A program made the position numbers and the translations under genes. DNA of 64,000 nt, taken from NCBI GenBank assembly GCA_036488085.1, contig DASXHZ010000058.1, forward strand, positions 122 through 64,121. The letters run 5' to 3'. Position 1 is the stretch's first letter. Each line of letters opens with the position of its first letter. The notes under the pieces were generated by a model. It did not search any database, was not told the origin of the DNA, and saw nothing but the letters and a program-made list of their open reading frames with translations. Positions 53,433 through 63,675 of the stretch are shown here, one piece after another. The DNA is from Thermoanaerobaculia bacterium (GTDB lineage Bacteria > Acidobacteriota > Thermoanaerobaculia > Gp7-AA8).

Positions 53433-55086
53433 CGCCGCGTCGCAGGATCTTTCCGGGCAGGGCGCCGGTCATCTTGTCGTCGTGGAGGACGAGCGTGCCG
53501 TTGACGATCACGTTCGAGATGCCCTCCGCGAAGTGGTGCGGGTCTTCGTAGGTCGAGGTGTCGTGGATCGTCTTCGGATCGAAGACGACGACGTCGGCGC
53601 GCATTCCTGTCGCGATCGTGCCGCGGTCTTTGAATCCTGCGCGGGAGGCCGCCAGTGAGGTCATCTTGCGGACCGCTTCCTCGAGCGTGAAGAGGTGCTC
53701 GTCGCGGACGTAGTGGCCGAGGATGCGGGGGAAAGTGCCGTAGGCTCGGGGGTGAGCGCCCTGCTGCCTTGCGGCGCCGACCACCGCGCCGGAGTCGGAG
53801 CCGACGGCGACCCACGGCTGCTTCATCGCCGTCATGAGGTCGGACTCGAGGAGGTTGAAGAAGATCGCGATCGGTGATGCGTTGCTTCCTTCGAAGAGCC
53901 GCAGCGCCGCTTCGGCCGGTGCCGTGTTCATCTCGCGCGCGATCGCATCGAGCCGTTTGCGCTCGTACTGCTTCATCGTGGTCGGCTCCGGAATACCGCG
54001 GATGAGGATCGTCGACCCGTCGCCGACGCGGATCTCACTCGCGATCCTGGTACGGGTCGCCGGGTCCTTCAGCCGTTTGACGAACTCGAGGTAGCCGCCC
54101 TGCAGCGCCCACGCCGGCACCGTCGACTGCAGGTCGGTCGAGGTCGCGGTGTACGGGTAGATCTGGGAGGCGACGTCGAGGCCGGACTTGCGCGCCCGGT
54201 CGATGCGGTCGACGACTTCCTGCATGTGGCCGCGCATCGCGCCGCCGGTCTTGAGGTGGAAGATGTTGACCGGTACGTGCGCCTCGCGGCCGATGCGGAA
54301 TGCCTCGTCGAGCGCCGCGTCGATGTTGTTCGCCTCGTTGCGGAGGTGGGTCCAGTAACTGCCGCCGTACTTGCCGGCGACGCGCGCGAGGGCGATCAGC
54401 TCGTCCGTGGTGGCGAAGCGGCCGGGCGGGTAGATGAGCGCGGTGGAAAGGCCGATCGCACCGTCGCGCATCGCCTGGTCGGTGATCGCCTCCATCTTCT
54501 TCAGCTCTTCAGGTGTCGCGGCACGATCGGCGTCGCCGAGAACCATCTCGCGCGAGTTCGCGGCCCCGATGTAGAACGCGAAGTTGATCGCGGAGCCGCG
54601 CTTCTCGATCGTGCGCATATAGTCGGCGAGCGTGCGCCACGTCGCATCGGGGAAGCCGGGCGGCTTCGTGCGATTCACTTCCGCCGCCATCGCATCGTTG
54701 ATCGGCCCGGGGGAGTGACCCTCGCCCGTGACCTCGGTCGTGACGCCCTGGCGGACTTTCGACTCCAGATTCGGGTCGATGAGCACGGCGCCTTCGGAGT
54801 GGCCGAGGAGGTCGATAAAGCCGGGGGCGATGACTTGGTTCTTCGCGTCGATGACCGTCGTGGCGGTCGCCTTCGACAGGTCGCCGATCGCGGCGATGGT
54901 GCCCTTTTTGATCGCGAGGTCGGCGCGGCGGCGAGGGCGGCCGGTGCCGTCGATCAGGTCGCCGTTGCGGATCACGACGTCGTATTGGGGCTGCGGGGTT
55001 CCGGGGTTACGAGGTTCGCGAGTTGCCGGCGTTTCGGCCGGGGCGGCGCAGGCGAGCGCCAGTAAGACTGCTGTTGCAAAGCGCAC
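53419..55086 (-). CDS. D-aminoacylase / N-acyl-D-amino-acid deacylase family amidohydrolase
   Basis: Signal peptide, YDVVIRNGDLIDGTG, APGFIDLLGHSE and C-terminal ..DVVVFDPKTIHDTSTYEDPH. Confidence 0.85.
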   Translation of the reverse strand: MRFATAVLLALACAAPAETPATREPRNPGTPQPQYDVVIRNGDLIDGTGRPRRRADLAIKKGTIAAIGDLSKATATTVIDAKNQVIAPGFIDLLGHSEGAVLIDPNLESKVRQGVTTEVTGEGHSPGPINDAMAAEVNRTKPPGFPDATWRTLADYMRTIEKRGSAINFAFYIGAANSREMVLGDADRAATPEELKKMEAITDQAMRDGAIGLSTALIYPPGRFATTDELIALARVAGKYGGSYWTHLRNEANNIDAALDEAFRIGREAHVPVNIFHLKTGGAMRGHMQEVVDRIDRARKSGLDVASQIYPYTATSTDLQSTVPAWALQGGYLEFVKRLKDPATRTRIASEIRVGDGSTILIRGIPEPTTMKQYERKRLDAIAREMNTAPAEAALRLFEGSNASPIAIFFNLLESDLMTAMKQPWVAVGSDSGAVVGAARQQGAHPRAYGTFPRILGHYVRDEHLFTLEEAVRKMTSLAASRAGFKDRGTIATGMRADVVVFDPKTIHDTSTYEDPHHFAEGISNVIVNGTLVLHDDKMTGALPGKILRRGATSE

Positions 55087-55091
55087 GAGGC

Positions 55092-56060
55092 CTACCGTGC
55101 AATGGCGGTGCGCGGTTGGTCGATGGCGTTGACGCTCACGGCGTCGTCGTAGACGAAGAAGAGCTCGTTCGTTCTTACGAAGGCGTTGCGCAGCAGCGAG
55201 ATGTACGGTCCCTGCGACTTGTAGGTCTGCAGGATGGCGTCTTTCCGCTTTGCGATCGCCGGCGTCAACCCGTACGTCCCCCAGGTGAGGGCACGCATGC
55301 GCACGGGCGGCGCGAGCGCGCGTTTGGGAGAGTGGATGAGCGAGCGCTGGATGCGGCCGTTGTGCACGAGGTAGCCGAGGCGGCGCGGCTGCATGTCGAG
55401 ATCCTGGAGCGCGATATCGACGATCTCCGCCGCCGCGGCGTGGTCTTCGTGGCCGTCGAAGGAAACGGGGGCGATGACGGTCGTCGGCTTCGCGACCTCG
55501 ATCACCTGCTCGACATCGGACATGAGTGATGCGAATGAGTACGGCGAGCCGGGCGACATCGCTTCGTCATAGGGGACAGCGCGCTTCCGCGTCCCTCTGG
55601 AACTGATCACGGAGTCTCGGTTGTCGAGGATTTCCTTCAGCCCACGGTCGGGGTAGCCGAGGACGAAGTAGTGGTCGGGAGCAACGCCCATGAGCTTCAT
55701 CGCCGCATGAGCCTCGGCGATGCGAGCCCGTCCGACGGAGAGATAGCTCGATGCGGTCGGCCCGAGGGTTTTGTTCACGAGGAGCGCGGAGAAACGGTTG
55801 CAGTCGCCCGCGGTGAGGAACGCGATGTAAACCTCGGAACCGTTGGCGATAGCGTCGAGCGCGTAGCCGCCGGCGCCGATGATCTCGTCATCGATGTGGG
55901 GGGCGATGATCAGGACGCGGTCGCGCGACGTGGGCGCGGTGACCCGCGGATAACTCTCCAAACTCGCCTCCGAATGCACGGGACCGAACAACAATGTGAA
56001 CAGCACCAACAGCCCCGGAACGAACATTCCGGGGGAGTGTACAGGGTTATTTGGCGACAT
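55092..56060 (-). CDS. PIG-L/LmbE-family deacetylase
   Basis: VLIIAPHIDDEIIGAGG and ..GHEDHAAAAEI. An alternative start is Met at 56027 (MFVPGLLVLF). Confidence 0.8.
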   Translation of the reverse strand: MSPNNPVHSPGMFVPGLLVLFTLLFGPVHSEASLESYPRVTAPTSRDRVLIIAPHIDDEIIGAGGYALDAIANGSEVYIAFLTAGDCNRFSALLVNKTLGPTASSYLSVGRARIAEAHAAMKLMGVAPDHYFVLGYPDRGLKEILDNRDSVISSRGTRKRAVPYDEAMSPGSPYSFASLMSDVEQVIEVAKPTTVIAPVSFDGHEDHAAAAEIVDIALQDLDMQPRRLGYLVHNGRIQRSLIHSPKRALAPPVRMRALTWGTYGLTPAIAKRKDAILQTYKSQGPYISLLRNAFVRTNELFFVYDDAVSVNAIDQPRTAIAR

Positions 56061-57204
56061 GCAGCCAGTAGCGGATGTCGAGCGTGACGGCGCGGCCGTC
56101 GAACGGATCTTCCCGGTGGCCGGTCACCTGCGTGTACTCGACGCCCGCGCGCAGGTGGGTGGTGATGTCGTGCAGGACGGTCAGCGTCCACGAGCGGCCG
56201 TGCTCATCGTACGTCTCGGGGACGAGGCGGGCGCGGTCGATCATGTTGAAGATGTCGTAGCGCGCGCTGAGCCTGTTCTTCCCGAAGACGTGCGAGAGGA
56301 GGACATAGCCCGACGCGAGATCCGCTTCGACGACCGGACGCGGGCGGAAGCCCATCGCGGTCTTCCCCCACATGTACTCGGCGGCGAGCGAGGTCGTGTC
56401 GACGTTTCCGAGCTGCCCGGACGCGATGTAGAAACGCGTGGCCCAGGAGTACTCGGAGCCCCAGCGGGCGCGATCGCCGCGGTTGTTGACCTCCGTGAGC
56501 TGGATCATCCCTTTGTCGGGGACTGTGAAACGAGCACGTCCCGAGTACCCGGTGTGGCCGTCGAGGTCCTTCTCGAACGGGCGCGTACCGTCCATCTGGA
56601 AGATGAACGACGGCGGTACTTCAATCGGCAGCGTCTCGTTGTAGACCGAGAGGCGGCTGCCGATGTCCCAGCCGCGCCACGCCAGGAGCGTTCCCATGGT
56701 GTCGTTGTCGCGGAAGGCCGTCGCGCCGACTGTCAACATGTTGACCTTGTACGACACGTCGACGCCGACCGGCCGGAACTCCTCGCCGATCCAACTGTTC
56801 AGGGCCGAGTAGTTGATCGTGTAGGGGGAGTTCCAGAGGAGATCGGTGTTCTCGCGCGACGTGGCGAGGAAGAACTGGCCGGCGCGAACCGTGAGGCCGC
56901 CGAACCGCGCATCGGCGTACGCCTCGACCAGCCCGGCGCTCTTTCCGCCGTAGCCGGAGGGCTCGTTCCGCGCGATTCCCTGCGCGTGGACGCCGAAGTG
57001 GAGCGACGGCGTCCAGGACGCGCCGATCTGCGCGATGCCGAAGTGCTCGGAGTCGCTCGCCGGCAGCCGGCCGTCGCCGCCTTGCAGCCACGTCTCCGGA
57101 CCGCTGGCGTGGACTTGCCGTGCCGTGAAGAAGCCGTCCAGCGTGAAAGTCTCGGCGTTTGCGGCAGAAGCAAAAAGCAGAAAGGCGAAAGCGATCCGTC
57201 TCAC
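56047..57204 (-). CDS. Putative outer-membrane beta-barrel protein
   Basis: Signal peptide MRRIAFAFLLFASAANA, with alternating-hydrophobicity strands rich in Y/G/W. The functional call is weak. Confidence 0.6.
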   Translation of the reverse strand: MRRIAFAFLLFASAANAETFTLDGFFTARQVHASGPETWLQGGDGRLPASDSEHFGIAQIGASWTPSLHFGVHAQGIARNEPSGYGGKSAGLVEAYADARFGGLTVRAGQFFLATSRENTDLLWNSPYTINYSALNSWIGEEFRPVGVDVSYKVNMLTVGATAFRDNDTMGTLLAWRGWDIGSRLSVYNETLPIEVPPSFIFQMDGTRPFEKDLDGHTGYSGRARFTVPDKGMIQLTEVNNRGDRARWGSEYSWATRFYIASGQLGNVDTTSLAAEYMWGKTAMGFRPRPVVEADLASGYVLLSHVFGKNRLSARYDIFNMIDRARLVPETYDEHGRSWTLTVLHDITTHLRAGVEYTQVTGHREDPFDGRAVTLDIRYWLHVAK

Positions 57205-57213
57205 GGCGCGATT

Positions 57214-57927
57214 CTACGGGATTCGGGGGTCTCTCCAGAGGCCGACGACGCGGTTCCGATAGTCGATCGCGATGAGGAATTTCGAAAGGAGGCGGTTGCC
57301 AAGGCGCGGCTCCGCGACGACCGCGTAGTGAACGTCGACGGTGCCGAAGGACGTGTTGCCGACGCTAACTTGCGCACGGCCACGGCTTTCCTTCGCCGCG
57401 GGGAGCGTGACCGTGTCGGGACTCGCCGTATCGACGATCGCGTTCATGCGCTTGCCGTCGACGGTCACTTCGACCGCCGGCTCGGCGTTGAAACGAAACA
57501 GTGTCATGTACGCCGAGTGAATGCCGGCCTTCTGGTAGGTGAGCAGTCCGGCGCGATAGTCGATCGTGACGCCGCGCTGCGCGAAGACGTCGGCGCCGAT
57601 GAGCGCGTCGCCGGCGCCGTGCATGTCGAGGAAAAGTGGCATGAACGGAAGTGTCGCCCGCTCGCCGAGCGTTAAGGCGTATGTGCCGGTGCGTGGGACG
57701 GCATGCGGATCGATGACGGTCTGCGCCGTCGCGGAACCGAACAGGTAACGTCCGGGGTGGCCGTTGATCTTCGCCGATGTAAGGAAGAGCAGATTGTTCT
57801 GAATGGTGAATGAGAGGTTCACCTCATCCGGCGGCGGCGCGTCGTTCCACGGCAGCGCGCTGCTGCAAGCGACGCAGAGAAAGAACGCCAACGGCAGCCT
57901 TGCTCTGCGAACCGATTCCGATAACAT
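57214..57927 (-). CDS. Retropepsin-like aspartyl protease lipoprotein
   Basis: Last 237 aa of the 796-aa track ORF. Start at CAT 57925-57927, lipobox FLCVAC, AIVDTASPDTVTL (DTG-like). The upstream 559 aa is antisense to pruA. Confidence 0.65.
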   Translation of the reverse strand: MLSESVRRARLPLAFFLCVACSSALPWNDAPPPDEVNLSFTIQNNLLFLTSAKINGHPGRYLFGSATAQTVIDPHAVPRTGTYALTLGERATLPFMPLFLDMHGAGDALIGADVFAQRGVTIDYRAGLLTYQKAGIHSAYMTLFRFNAEPAVEVTVDGKRMNAIVDTASPDTVTLPAAKESRGRAQVSVGNTSFGTVDVHYAVVAEPRLGNRLLSKFLIAIDYRNRVVGLWRDPRIP

Positions 57928-57975
57928 GCGCGCCGCCTCGAAACTGCAACAACTGAACCGCAAAGGACTCGCCTG

Positions 57976-59562
57976 ATGCTTCCCGAATTCAAGAACGAAC
58001 CACTCACCGATTTCTCCACGCCCCAAAACCGCGCCGCGATGGAAGCGGCGCTCGCGAAAGTCAAAGACGAATTTGGACGCGAGCACCCGCTCGTGATCGG
58101 TGGCAATCACATCACCGGTCTGAAGACGTTCGACTCCACGAGCCCCGCGCACAAGGACCAACTCCTCGGCAAGTTCCAGAAGGGGACTCGCGAGCACGTC
58201 GAGCAGGCGATCGATGCCGCGTGGACAGCATTCGCCGATTGGAAACGGCAGCCGGTCGACGTCCGCGCCGGCCTGCTCGTTCGCGCCGCGAAGCTGATGC
58301 GCGAGCGGAAGCACGAGTTCTCGGCGACGATGATCTACGAGGTCGGCAAGACGTGGCCGGAGGCTGATGCGGATACCGCCGAGGCGATCGACTTCCTCGA
58401 GTTCTACGCGAGGGAAGCGTACCGGTACGGCGGCGAGCAGCCGATCACCAAGATCGAATCCGAAGACAACGCGCTCGTCTACATCCCGCTCGGTGTCGGC
58501 GCGGTCATCCCGCCGTGGAACTTCCCGCTGGCGATCATGGCCGGCATGACGACGGCGGCCGCGGTCTCCGGCAACTGCGTGATCCTGAAGCCGTCGTCCG
58601 ATTCGCCGTGGATCTCGGCGCGGTTCTTCGCGCTTCTCGAAGAGGCGGGCTTGCCGGCCGGTGTCGTCAATTTCGTTTCGGGATCGGGAGGCGAGGTGGG
58701 GGATCCGCTGGTCCAGCATCCGCGTGTTCGCTTCATCTCGTTCACCGGCTCGAAGGAAGTCGGTCTCCACATCAACGAGGAAGCGGCGAAGGTGCACAAA
58801 GGCCAGCTCTGGATCAAGCGCGTCGTCGCGGAGATGGGCGGCAAGGACGCCATCATCGTCGACCGCGAGGTGGCGAACCTGGACGAGGCAGCGAGCGCGG
58901 TGGTGTCGTCCGCGTTTGGCTTCCAGGGCCAGAAGTGCAGTGCGTGCTCGCGGCTGATCGTCGACGAGGCCATCTACGACAAGTTCGTGCCGCTCGTCGC
59001 CGAGAAGACGAAGGCCCTGAAGATCGGTCCGCCCGAGGCGGCGGACTCGCAGGTCGGGCCGGTGGTCAACAAGAAGGCGATGCAGAAGATCAAGGAGTAC
59101 ATCGATCGCGGGAAAAGTGAAGGACGGCTCGTCGCCGGCGGAAACGTCCGCGACGATGAGGGGTACTTCATCGAGCCGACGGTCATCGCCGACGTCGATT
59201 CCAAAGCGACGATCTCGCAGGAGGAGATCTTCGGACCGGTGCTCGCGATCACGAAGGCGAAGGACTTCGAGGACGCACTCCGCATCGCCAACGACACCCA
59301 GTACGGCCTCACCGGCGCTGTCTTCACCGACAACGAGCAGAAGCTGGAGCGCGCCCGCGAGGAGTTCTTCGTCGGCAATCTGTATCTGAACCGCAAGTGC
59401 ACCGGAGCGTTGGTCGGCGTCCATCCGTTCGGCGGTTTCAACATGTCCGGCACCGACTCGAAAGCGGGCGGCCGCGACTACCTCGGACTCTTCCTGCAGG
59501 CAAAGGCGATCTCGCGGAAGGTCAGGCCGGGTCAGTCGAAGCGCGAGGGCATTGGAGAGTGA
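57976..59562 (+). CDS. pruA: L-glutamate gamma-semialdehyde (1-pyrroline-5-carboxylate) dehydrogenase
   Basis: FKNEPLTDFS N-terminus typical of PruA/RocA. PPWNFPLAI, EMGGKDA and FGFQGQKCSACSR. Confidence 0.9.
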   Translation: MLPEFKNEPLTDFSTPQNRAAMEAALAKVKDEFGREHPLVIGGNHITGLKTFDSTSPAHKDQLLGKFQKGTREHVEQAIDAAWTAFADWKRQPVDVRAGLLVRAAKLMRERKHEFSATMIYEVGKTWPEADADTAEAIDFLEFYAREAYRYGGEQPITKIESEDNALVYIPLGVGAVIPPWNFPLAIMAGMTTAAAVSGNCVILKPSSDSPWISARFFALLEEAGLPAGVVNFVSGSGGEVGDPLVQHPRVRFISFTGSKEVGLHINEEAAKVHKGQLWIKRVVAEMGGKDAIIVDREVANLDEAASAVVSSAFGFQGQKCSACSRLIVDEAIYDKFVPLVAEKTKALKIGPPEAADSQVGPVVNKKAMQKIKEYIDRGKSEGRLVAGGNVRDDEGYFIEPTVIADVDSKATISQEEIFGPVLAITKAKDFEDALRIANDTQYGLTGAVFTDNEQKLERAREEFFVGNLYLNRKCTGALVGVHPFGGFNMSGTDSKAGGRDYLGLFLQAKAISRKVRPGQSKREGIGE

Positions 59563-60629
59563 GGCGCGGCGCGATCGTCGCGAGTCTCGCGCTGCTGGTC
59601 GCATGCGCTACGACTCGCGATGACACGCGCCCCATTCCGGCGGCGTGGCTGAGCGTTCCCGCCGCCCCGCAACATCGCGAGCCGTCGTACGGACCGGTCG
59701 CGCCACGAGCTTCCGCCTTGCACGTCGTGAAGACGAGCGAGGGGATGGCACTCGCGAACGGCGACAAGGTCCTGACGCCGTACTACCTCGCGATCGACTC
59801 GTTCGACATCGCGCCGGAAGGGGACCTCGCCGTCTTCAGCGCGAAGCGGCGCGACAACTTTGACATCGGACTGGTCGCCACGGCGGGCAGCCAGGTGAAC
59901 TGGGTGCCGTCCGATCCGCACGACGAGGTGGCCGTGCAGTGGGCACCGCGCGGCAACAAGGTCAGCTACGTCATCCGCGCCGCTTCTGGCGATGTGATCC
60001 GGAGCGTGCACGTACACACGGCGGCGCAGGTGGCGTCGACCTTTCCGAATGGCCGGGTGCGTTCGTACGCCTGGGAGCCGCGCGCCGATCATTACGCGGT
60101 GGCTTGGAGTGCGATCGACGCCTCCGACGGCATCGAGGAGATGACATACGCGGGGGCGGAGCGGAAATGGCTCACTCCTCCCGCGGTCCGAATCGACGTC
60201 GCGGTGGAACCGATCGGCGGGGCGACGGTGATGCGGCCCCAGTCGTTGCACTACAACGAGCGGTTGCCGCTCGTCGTGTGGCGGACGTCGGACCCGTTCG
60301 AGTGGGACGACGCACGGGGCCGGCTGCAGGCGTCGGCGCGCGTGGCGGTGGCGGTGCTCGACCACAATCCGGACGAGAAGTTCTGGCGGGCGATCGGCGC
60401 GATTCCGTGGGTCGATGGCAACCGCGTGTGGGTGGTGGGAACCGTCGTCGGTGAGGGGGGCCCGGCTCATGCAACCTCGATCGTTGCCGGCCACGATCTG
60501 CCGCCCGGGCGCTACCGCGTGCGCGACAACATCGTTGTCGCACCTCCTGATGTCATAAAATCATTTGCCGCCGGCAGCATCGCGGATCAACTGAAGGGGA
60601 ATCCCGCCACGAATGGCAGCAGCCGATGA
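59559..60629 (+). CDS. Lipoprotein, possibly beta-propeller-like
   Basis: GTG at 59559 overlaps the pruA stop (GTGA). VRRGAIVASLALLVACATT (lipobox). The upstream part of the track ORF overlaps pruA. Confidence 0.65.
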   Translation: MRRGAIVASLALLVACATTRDDTRPIPAAWLSVPAAPQHREPSYGPVAPRASALHVVKTSEGMALANGDKVLTPYYLAIDSFDIAPEGDLAVFSAKRRDNFDIGLVATAGSQVNWVPSDPHDEVAVQWAPRGNKVSYVIRAASGDVIRSVHVHTAAQVASTFPNGRVRSYAWEPRADHYAVAWSAIDASDGIEEMTYAGAERKWLTPPAVRIDVAVEPIGGATVMRPQSLHYNERLPLVVWRTSDPFEWDDARGRLQASARVAVAVLDHNPDEKFWRAIGAIPWVDGNRVWVVGTVVGEGGPAHATSIVAGHDLPPGRYRVRDNIVVAPPDVIKSFAAGSIADQLKGNPATNGSSR

Positions 60630-61371
60630 TCATAGGAAGTCGACGGTCCGCGAGTATTACGAAGCGCTCCTGATCGCCGTCATCTTCGTCAACTTCGCCC
60701 GCATCTTCGTCTTTCAGGCCTTCAAGATCCCGACGGGATCGATGGAGGACAACCTCAAAGTCGGCGATCACATCATCGTCAACAAGTTCATCTACGGTCC
60801 CGGGACGACCCTCGGAGGCCTTCTCCCGCTCCGTCCGATCAAGCGCGGCGACATCATCGTCTTCCGCTACCCGCTCCAGCCGGACACCGATTTCGTCAAG
60901 CGCGTGATTGGGATGCCGGGCGATACGGTGGAGGTTCGCGACAAGATCGTGTCGGTGAACGGAACCGCGCAGAACGAGCAGTACGTCGTTCACGAGGACC
61001 CGCAGGTCTACCCGCTCCAGCCGGCGTTGCCGGAGCCCTATCGCTCGCGCGACCAGTTCGGGCCGTTCAAGGTGCCCGAGGGGCAGTACTTCGCGATGGG
61101 CGACAACCGCGACCGCTCCAGCGACTCGCGCTACTGGGGGACGGTGCCGCGCTCGATGATCAAGGGGCGCGCGTTCATGGTCTATTGGTCGTTCCGCGGT
61201 ACGCCGCCGCCGGCCGATGCTCCGCCGTCGGATCGCGTGAAGGAGCTCTTCGGCGTCGTGGTTCACTTCTTCACGCGGACGCGATGGGACCGTACCTTCT
61301 TCATCGTCGACAGCCACTACCACTACCACCCCGAGCCTGACAGCGACACTTCGACCGCGTTCAGTCCATGA
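60613..61371 (+). CDS. lepB: Signal peptidase I
   Basis: IPTGSMEDNL (Ser), DFVKRVIGMPGD (Lys) and GDNRDRSSDSRYWG. Confidence 0.9.
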   Translation: MAAADDHRKSTVREYYEALLIAVIFVNFARIFVFQAFKIPTGSMEDNLKVGDHIIVNKFIYGPGTTLGGLLPLRPIKRGDIIVFRYPLQPDTDFVKRVIGMPGDTVEVRDKIVSVNGTAQNEQYVVHEDPQVYPLQPALPEPYRSRDQFGPFKVPEGQYFAMGDNRDRSSDSRYWGTVPRSMIKGRAFMVYWSFRGTPPPADAPPSDRVKELFGVVVHFFTRTRWDRTFFIVDSHYHYHPEPDSDTSTAFSP

Positions 61372-62666
61372 GCGAAGAGAACAACAGCAGCCCGGAGGCG
61401 GTGGCAGAGAGCGCGCCACCGGCGACCATCATCGATCGGAGCGATCATCCGATCTCGCGCCGCAGCATCCCTGAAAACGTCCTGAAGGTGCTCTACCGGC
61501 TGCACCGCAGCGGCTACCGCGCGTATCTCTGCGGCGGCAGCGTCCGCGATCTCCTGATGGACCGCGAGCCGAAGGACTTTGACATCGCCACCGACGCGCA
61601 CCCGACGGAAGTGCGGCGCCTCTTCCGCAACAGCCGCATCATCGGACGCCGCTTCCGCCTGGTGCACATCATCTTTCAGGATCAGACGGTGGAAGTAGCG
61701 ACGTTCCGCCGGGAGCCGGAGCGGAGCGAGGGGAGCGAGGAGTACCTGATCACGGACGACAACACGTTCGGCTCGCCGCTGCAGGACGCCCGCCGCCGCG
61801 ACTTCACCATCAACGCGCTCTTCTACAACATCGCCGATTTCTCGGTGATCGACTACGTGAGCGGCATCGAGGACCTCGACGGGAAACGCGTTCGGGTCAT
61901 CGGCGATCCCGACGTCCGTTTTCGCGAGGACCCGGTCCGGATGATGCGCGCCATCGAGTTCGCCGCGCGGCTGAGGTTCCAGATCGACCCGGCGACCTAC
62001 GCGGCGATCCTGACGCACAAGAACGAGATCCTGAAGGCGTCCCCGCCGCGCGTTTCGGAAGAGATCCTGGAGCTGCTGCGGAGAGGATGGTCGAAGGACG
62101 CAATCCGGCTGATGGTGCAGACCGGGTTGCTCGAACCGATCCTCCCCGAGGTCTACCGGACGATCGTGGGGGAGAAGAACTCGTACTTCTGGAAGATGCT
62201 CGAAGTGCTCGACCGGACGGCCGAAGCGGGGCGGAAGATCTCCGACGCTGTGTCGCTGAGCGTCCTCTTCCTGCCGTGGATCATCGAGGAGCTGGAACGG
62301 GAAGAGAACGGACGCGAGACCCGGATGCGGATCGGCGAGGTCATCGTCTTCATCCGCGACGCGATCCAGCCGCTCTGCGCGCGCATGGCGTTGGCGGCCG
62401 GGACGCGGCACCAGATCGAGCAGACGCTCGAGACGCTCTGGCGCCTGCTCGAGCCGCCGGCCGAGCGCCGCGCGATGTTCCGCTTCGTCGTCCGCGACCC
62501 GTTCAACGACGCCCTGGCGCTGCTCGAGCTCTACGCCCTCTCGTCAGGCAAGTATGTGGATCAGTTCAAACAGTGGCGTGAGTTCGCCACTCGCGTTCAT
62601 AGCGCAAACGAAGAGAACGCGCCGCCGCCGCGGAAAAGACGCCGTCACCGCCGGAAGGGCAGCTAA
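61368..62666 (+). CDS. pcnB: Poly(A) polymerase / tRNA nucleotidyltransferase family
   Basis: YLCGGSVRDLLMDREPKDFDIATDA, RRDFTINALFY and an Arg/Lys-rich C-terminus. ATGA overlap with lepB. Confidence 0.85.
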   Translation: MSEENNSSPEAVAESAPPATIIDRSDHPISRRSIPENVLKVLYRLHRSGYRAYLCGGSVRDLLMDREPKDFDIATDAHPTEVRRLFRNSRIIGRRFRLVHIIFQDQTVEVATFRREPERSEGSEEYLITDDNTFGSPLQDARRRDFTINALFYNIADFSVIDYVSGIEDLDGKRVRVIGDPDVRFREDPVRMMRAIEFAARLRFQIDPATYAAILTHKNEILKASPPRVSEEILELLRRGWSKDAIRLMVQTGLLEPILPEVYRTIVGEKNSYFWKMLEVLDRTAEAGRKISDAVSLSVLFLPWIIEELEREENGRETRMRIGEVIVFIRDAIQPLCARMALAAGTRHQIEQTLETLWRLLEPPAERRAMFRFVVRDPFNDALALLELYALSSGKYVDQFKQWREFATRVHSANEENAPPPRKRRRHRRKGS

Positions 62667-63184
62667 CCGATTCCGGCGCCGAAGCGGCCGTTCACGTTGC
62701 GCATGAACGACTCGGTGCGTTTTCCCTGCGGCCCTTCGAACTCGATGATGGCGCGGACGAGTGCCGGCGTCGCGGCGCCGAGGTTCGCGTCCGCGACGTC
62801 CGCCTGAGCCCAGAACTCCACCTTCTCGGTCCCACCCGCCGCAATGGTCGTCTTGTAGCTGCGCATCCTCTGCCGGATCACGAACGGCCCGTCGGGAGTC
62901 GAGAGCGAGATGTGCCGGAGCGTCACCGGCTCCTTCGTGTTGTTCGTGATCGAGATCGCGTACTTGATGTCGAGCGGTGCGACCGGGGTGCGGTCGTGCG
63001 GGGAGGTGGGCATCGCCATCGGCGCGCTCGTCTGCTCGACGGCGACCTCGAAATCTGTCGTCGTGTCGGCCTGCGTGTCGCCCGCCGCGGCGAGCGTGAC
63101 ACCGCCGCCGTTGTCGACCGACGCCACGTTGCCGGCGCACCCGGCAAGGGGAAGAAGCAGCGCGACGGCGAGAACGTTCTTCAC
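62663..63184 (-). CDS. Lipoprotein, paralog 1
   Basis: GTG at 63184 (VKNVLAVALLLPLAGCAGN). Shares the ..D(I/V)xYxIxITNxTxExVxLxxI.. block with the next gene. Confidence 0.65.
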   Translation of the reverse strand: MKNVLAVALLLPLAGCAGNVASVDNGGGVTLAAAGDTQADTTTDFEVAVEQTSAPMAMPTSPHDRTPVAPLDIKYAISITNNTKEPVTLRHISLSTPDGPFVIRQRMRSYKTTIAAGGTEKVEFWAQADVADANLGAATPALVRAIIEFEGPQGKRTESFMRNVNGRFGAGIG

Positions 63185-63606
63185 GCCTTCACCGTTCTGG
63201 TGAAGCTTTCCACGCGTAGCCCGGCGGGCGTGTCGAGGAACATCGTCATCCGAATCGAGACGGGCGGATGTTTCCGGGCGTCTACCTGGAAGACGACCGC
63301 GGAAACCCAGCAGTCGACCGCTTCGGTCTTGCCCGGAGCGATCACCCGGTCGAAGTGGCGGCTGGCGAGGTGCGAAAAGATGTCGGAGCTGGTGGAGTCG
63401 ACATCGATCCGTTCCAGCTTCACCGCCTCGGCCGTCGTGTTCGTGATTCGGATGCGGTAGTCGACGTCGGAGACCGAGGTCTGGCGGTCCGTCCGCGAAT
63501 CCGCTTTCTTCACGTCGACCTTGAAGTCGGGCGTCTCGTTGACGACCGGCCGCGTTGCGCAAGCGGCGAGGAGGAGAAACACCGGGAGCAGAAGACGAGT
63601 GCGCAT
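63181..63606 (-). CDS. Lipoprotein, paralog 2
   Basis: ATG at 63606 (MRTRLLLPVFLLLAACATR). Its stop overlaps the downstream GTG (GTGA). Confidence 0.65.
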   Translation of the reverse strand: MRTRLLLPVFLLLAACATRPVVNETPDFKVDVKKADSRTDRQTSVSDVDYRIRITNTTAEAVKLERIDVDSTSSDIFSHLASRHFDRVIAPGKTEAVDCWVSAVVFQVDARKHPPVSIRMTMFLDTPAGLRVESFTRTVKA

Positions 63607-63675
63607 GGACTTCCTACCTCCGCGTTGATTACGACCGGGGAGCCAGCGCGTCGAACGCGAGCTATCATTTTCACA

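Noticed and set aside
57928-59604. Upstream 559 codons of the 796-aa minus-strand ORF
   Set aside because: This part is antisense to pruA. Only the last 237 aa (from the Met at 57927, with a lipobox) look like a real protein.
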